Source: Psammoneis japonica (Eukaryota). From it: a DNA stretch of 64,000 nucleotides. The position numbers and the translations under genes are program-made. Shown piece after piece: positions 59,350 through 64,000 of the stretch (positions within the stretch are counted from its first letter, which is position 1; each line of letters opens with the position of its first letter). Where the stretch lies: NCBI GenBank assembly GCA_008632985.1, contig QPGO01000030.1, positions 62,001 to 126,000 of the forward strand, in the 5' to 3' direction. The notes beneath the pieces were generated by a model, which made no database searches, was not told the DNA's origin, and saw only the letters and a list, made by a program, of their open reading frames with translations.

Positions 59350-62300
59350 TCATTGCACACTTGCTCGTGACGCATGCGCCGCCGAAGTGTTGACACCATA
59401 AGAGTCTTTCGCGGACTCGAATCTTTGGCATCCACGTCTCGTAACACCGCCTTCTTCCGACAAATAACTGGGAACATGTAAAAACGAATGAATCCGTGCC
59501 ATTTCCTCCACCTTTTTCGTCGCACCAAATGTGTAATAAAGCTCTGAGGCCCTCTGAATATAGTCCTGTGCACACTCTGCATCGCCAAATCTTGTCATCT
59601 GTTCCGCAGCCCTTTCGTTCGCAATGGCACCAAAATGAGTCATTCCTGTTTTTAGAAACTGCGATATAACCGCATCGAATTGAGGTTTGACCTGATCCAC
59701 GCGAGTGGATGATAAGGATTTATCTTCGGCTTGCAATAAGGCCAGCATTGAGACACAGTCTACCGACCCGTTCTTGACGTGCGTCTTGAGCTTGTTTCTG
59801 GCCTTTGACGCGATTCGATGATATCGCTTACGTCCTAGACTACGGTATAGCTGAAAGGCTGCTAAGCCATCAAGCAACGTCGAGAAAAAATTGAAGAAAT
59901 GTGCCCCGTCGTACCGTTTCTTGCTCAGCCCTTGTATTTCATCGAACACTTGTTCAATAGGTGCGTTTAGAATGTAACGAACAAACAATTCCTTGTACAG
60001 AGCGGCAAGCTTTGCTTGAGGCGACGGAGTCTGGGAAACCGTTCCGCCGAGTAGGTCTCCGGTTCTATCAAGAGAGATATCGAGATAATTTGCTTGGCCG
60101 GTAAGAATCAGTGCTAGCTGCAAAGACGTAGAGACGTAATTGGTCAACTCGAATTGCCGACAAGCCAGAATGCTCCGACCAAAACGATACATGTCGGCAG
60201 CAAACGGCTTCAACGGAAGGCCACTCAGAGAAACGTACAAGTCGGCATATATTGCAATGCAAATCGATCCACGGTACACGTCTCCGGTTTCCAATCCTGC
60301 TCTATATCCTTGCAACAGCAGGTCCAAGTTTATCACAGATGGCTTCTTAAACATGGTGGAGAAGCATGCTGTGGCATAGGTGCTGGCCATTTCGTTCTTG
60401 CTCTTGATTTGAGCAATGGCAAAATCTCCAAATCGGCAGGCATCCGCCAGATCTCCGGAACATGCCAACATGTATCCCCAGCCTGCAAAGGCGCTGGGTG
60501 TGACCTCCGAGTACCCATACTTTATGGAAAGTTGGACCGCTCGAACAATGGACATCATGGACAATATCGGGTCTGAATTCCACCCATAAAAGAATAAAAG
60601 TTGAAATATTCTTAATGACCAAAGCGCACGGTCATCTTGAATGAGATCTTTTCTACTCAGCTCTTCCAGTGACTTTCTCTTTAGCATGCGCTTTGTTTTC
60701 ATAATCTCGTGTATAAGGAAGGGTGTAATGGACGGAGGAACACTGTGGCCTAGCTGCTTTAACAGGGATCGTGCTTCGGCGATGGCTTGGGTCACCTGAC
60801 TGTTGGCGAGTAGCTTCAACCTAACCACACGCGCCCGCATGGTGTCTTCCAGAGATATCGAATGCTTCAAAACCGTTTCGACATGACGTTCACTGTCTTG
60901 TGCTCGACCAAGAGACCATTCGGTCTCTGCAGCAAAAGTTTCGAGTTCCATAGCAGTGTCATAAGCTATATCCCAGTGCTTTGGACGTATTAGCTTCAGG
61001 GCCTCCCTCGTATATTGATTGGCAAGCTCAATGGCGGATTTTTCTTTTACGGCTTTGGCTGCCTGTAGATTGAGCTTTATCAACAAAAGAATCTCTTGCT
61101 CGTTCCGCACCTGAGATATTCCATAATTAAGTTGATTCACGGTCAGGAGCAAGAAGCGGTCATCTTGATCCAGTAAAAAGCTTTCATATACCAGGCGACC
61201 AATCCGATAATGCACCGCATTGCGATCTTCGCCAGGCGGTAACAGCTCGTACGCACACTGACGTATTCTGTCATGGGAAAACTTGTAAAGCTGGTTCGCT
61301 TTTTCAATCAGACCTTCCATGATGGCTAGTTCTAATGCGTCTTCAAAGGAGACTTCCTCTGATCCATTGAACAACACGTTCTCTGGAATACCGTTTTCAT
61401 GTGGGGGCTTATCAACAAGAGGCAACGCGATACCACCCTCCAGAAGCGATTGTATGATTTCCACATTGAAGAAAAAACCCAGACACGAGGCCAGCATCAA
61501 CAGTCGCTGTACTTTGCCTGGTAGACTCTGCACTTGTCGAGCAAGTACATCCACCACGTTGTCAGATACCTCCGTCTCCGCGATAACTTCATCCATATTC
61601 CATTTCCATCCCACAAAATTGCGCTTCAAGAGATCTCTGCGGTCAAGCATCTCCAAGAACCGCAGAACAAAGAATGGATTTCCATGCGTCCGTCGTAGCA
61701 CCAATGAAGCCAAATCTTGTGACTCGTCTTCTTCCACGAACAAAGTGTCGGCAATCAACGCATTGACGCTCTTGATATCGAGATTTCCCAGCTGAATATT
61801 GATTGCTTCTGGGAGAGTACTAACTAACGATTCTAATGGTTCCAATTCTGCAGCTCCCTCTCCTCCATCTCGATATCCCAGCAATAGAATTAGGTGATGT
61901 ATCTCAGGATTTTTTGCCAGATTCATAATAATTGTTAGTGAGTTGCGATCGCTCCATTGAATATCGTCAAAAAATAACACCAACGGTCTATCGGGAGAAC
62001 AGAATTCCTTAAAGAAAGCCTCAAGAGCTACCGAAATACGTTCAGAAGCAAAGGACATGGATTCCGATGTCATTTCGCCACGCGGATTTATGTCTTGGTT
62101 TGTGCCTGCTCCTTGATCAAGCTCCGGGACAATACCGACCAAGATGCCGCACTCATCTTTCATGCAGCGTTCTAGTACGTCATGCTGCGATTGATTCTGC
62201 AACTCACGGGCCAAGTCACCAAGTGCCTTGCTGATTCCGCTGTACGGCTCTCCACTACTTGCATATTGATCGAACTTTCCTGAAGCCATGTAGCCGTCCT

Positions 62301-62487
62301 TTCTTTTGGCAAAACCGTGCTGGCACAAGGTTGTTTTACCTGAACCCGAAACGCCGTGTACAGTTATGACTCGACACCCAGCTCCTGCTAGATGGCAATC
62401 GTTCCACGCATTTCGTAATGTATTCAGCTCGTCGTCTCGCCCCTGAATTGAGTGGCTCTGAGAAAGCTTCAATCGATTCTTCGACAT
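59350..62487 (-). CDS. STAND-class AAA_16 ATPase with TPR-like helical region (COG3899-like)
   Basis: GRDDEL, GVSGSGKT, GKFDQ..EPY, PLVLFFDDIQWSD, THGNPFF, YKFSHDRIRQCAY, QLNYG, LNLQAA. Intronless. Confidence 0.88.
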   Translation of the reverse strand: MSKNRLKLSQSHSIQGRDDELNTLRNAWNDCHLAGAGCRVITVHGVSGSGKTTLCQHGFAKRKDGYMASGKFDQYASSGEPYSGISKALGDLARELQNQSQHDVLERCMKDECGILVGIVPELDQGAGTNQDINPRGEMTSESMSFASERISVALEAFFKEFCSPDRPLVLFFDDIQWSDRNSLTIIMNLAKNPEIHHLILLLGYRDGGEGAAELEPLESLVSTLPEAINIQLGNLDIKSVNALIADTLFVEEDESQDLASLVLRRTHGNPFFVLRFLEMLDRRDLLKRNFVGWKWNMDEVIAETEVSDNVVDVLARQVQSLPGKVQRLLMLASCLGFFFNVEIIQSLLEGGIALPLVDKPPHENGIPENVLFNGSEEVSFEDALELAIMEGLIEKANQLYKFSHDRIRQCAYELLPPGEDRNAVHYRIGRLVYESFLLDQDDRFLLLTVNQLNYGISQVRNEQEILLLIKLNLQAAKAVKEKSAIELANQYTREALKLIRPKHWDIAYDTAMELETFAAETEWSLGRAQDSERHVETVLKHSISLEDTMRARVVRLKLLANSQVTQAIAEARSLLKQLGHSVPPSITPFLIHEIMKTKRMLKRKSLEELSRKDLIQDDRALWSLRIFQLLFFYGWNSDPILSMMSIVRAVQLSIKYGYSEVTPSAFAGWGYMLACSGDLADACRFGDFAIAQIKSKNEMASTYATACFSTMFKKPSVINLDLLLQGYRAGLETGDVYRGSICIAIYADLYVSLSGLPLKPFAADMYRFGRSILACRQFELTNYVSTSLQLALILTGQANYLDISLDRTGDLLGGTVSQTPSPQAKLAALYKELFVRYILNAPIEQVFDEIQGLSKKRYDGAHFFNFFSTLLDGLAAFQLYRSLGRKRYHRIASKARNKLKTHVKNGSVDCVSMLALLQAEDKSLSSTRVDQVKPQFDAVISQFLKTGMTHFGAIANERAAEQMTRFGDAECAQDYIQRASELYYTFGATKKVEEMARIHSFLHVPSYLSEEGGVTRRGCQRFESAKDSYGVNTSAAHASRASVQ

Positions 62488-62809
62488 GGCTTTTGCGTAG
62501 AGCACATTTAGAGTTCAGCAAGTGTTAGAGTGCTGTCTACTGTCTACAGCAGGTAAAAGCGGTTTACATTTTTTACAAAAAAGAGTTTTTTTGTTTGTCA
62601 CTGTTTGCACTTTGCACCCACCGGCAGTGCGATTATTCCAGGTTGCACGCGCGCGCGCGTTGCACGTTGCACGCAGATCAAAGATCAAGGTGTCAACTGC
62701 ATGTTGAAGTTGGTTGAAGGTGCCTTCACTTACGTAGGTACTCGAGCAATCAGATGTGGTGGGTGTCACGTGCTGCCGAACATAATTTTTAAGTCCGCCC
62801 TTTTCAGTG

Positions 62810-64000
62810 GGCCCCATCCACATCTTCTGTCAGCCACAGTCGAATGTGCAAAGAACTTGACCAGCGGTCTGACATCTCCCACCCGTGCTGTCTGCTCTGA
62901 TGCACATGTTGAACCAGCCCGCCACAGCAGCAGAAGTTCCACCAACAGCTGGAGCGGGCAGCTGGCTGCTCTGGTGCTGGGGGCTTCACTGAGAGTGCAA
63001 AAAAACTCTTTTGGCAACAAGCAAGCAGCTGGCTGGGGGCTCCCTCCTGGTGGCTCCACAAGAAAAGCAAGCTGACCAAGTCTTTCAGACAACACTTCAG
63101 TCTTTGTAAAGTTCTCTGTTTTGGCCTCCAGGCAGTGCCAAGTCCTTGATCCCCAAACACTTGAGATGGCAGAGCTGACCATCACAAATGCATTGTGTTT
63201 GACAGATGACAACTGGGTTTTCTTGCCTGCCACACAAAGTTTCAGACTTTGATTTCTGTCTCAGGCTGTTTGCCTCTTCCCCTTCCCCTCAGATCATGCT
63301 TTCTGACCACTTTGCTGTGCACAGCTTGCAGCAGGGTTGTCCAAAACTGCAGCAAGACTCTGTCATTCCACCCCACAGACATGGAAACTGCTGTTGGCAC
63401 CTTTTGTGGTGGATGGAGGCCATGATGTGATGCTCAGAAAAGTCAGTTCTCAAAGAGCACTGCTGCTGCCACGACAATGACAATGATCACCAGGATGAAA
63501 ACAAAAATGCACCATGCCTGCACTGTCCACTGTGCATGCATCTGAGCAGCACCCACAGCACAAGGAATGCTGGTGACGCATGCTCTGAACATGCCTGCAT
63601 CTGTCCATTGTGTGCCACTGCCTCAAGAGTGCAGCTGCTCCAGCTTTCTGCTGGAGCATGCCGTGCCACAACAAATCAACAAAACTTTTGACTTTGAGAC
63701 ATCATGATGTTGTGTGCTTTTCATGTGCCAAAAGATCAATCACTTGCAAGGGGCTGGGGCATGAGCATCATCTGAGCAGTGTCATGGACAGACAGCTGTG
63801 GGATTGTGGCAGTTTGTGCTGCAGAGAGCAAAGTGGCAAAGCAGACAATCAAGCAGTGTGCGGGTTTGCCAAGCTGCTCTGCATTGTGAAAACAAAAAAA
63901 CTGCACCACTTGACAACCAACAACCAAAGAAAAAAAAACGAAAAGTGGATTGTCTTTGTGCCAGAACCAATTTGGACAAACATGGCACAAAACCTTTTGT
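62810..64000. other. TpA/CpG-depleted block running off the window end
   Basis: About 1.2 kb with almost no TA. Confidence 0.8.

Noticed and set aside
1..64000. CRISPR arrays, rRNA or tRNA genes, prokaryotic operons
   Set aside because: None seen; the intron-containing genes indicate a eukaryotic nuclear locus.

Overview
This is a gene-dense eukaryotic window, most likely from a diatom or related stramenopile (compact genes, short GT-AG introns, a bipartite plastid-targeting-like N-terminus, diatom-type Gypsy and LINE remnants). It holds about 20 protein genes, including an intronless bacterial-type CoA-disulfide reductase/rhodanese, a LAMMER kinase, a GNAT, prefoldin, CSN7, ICMT, an AFG2/CDC48-like AAA, IF3, an importin-alpha-like protein, TMEM94-like, kelch and a STAND/AAA_16 ATPase, plus a 1.7-kb inverted gene duplication. 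The genes are separated by sharply delimited blocks (about 110-4700, 6580-10700, 25700-28750, 43330-44350, 49160-50480, 55580-56650, 62810-64000) in which TpA, and in the older parts CpG, is almost erased and TG/CA is enriched. The main finding is internal evidence for a targeted TpA->TpG/CpA (A:T->G:C) hypermutation process, opposite in direction to fungal RIP. The two 367-bp LTRs of one Gypsy insertion differ by about 33 transitions, mostly at TA/TG/CA sites, while most CpGs are shared. A degenerate copy of the neighbouring host gene has lost every TA and CG of the aligned intact segment. All counts are by hand and the mechanism is inference. Several single-base frameshifts in conserved genes look like assembly errors.
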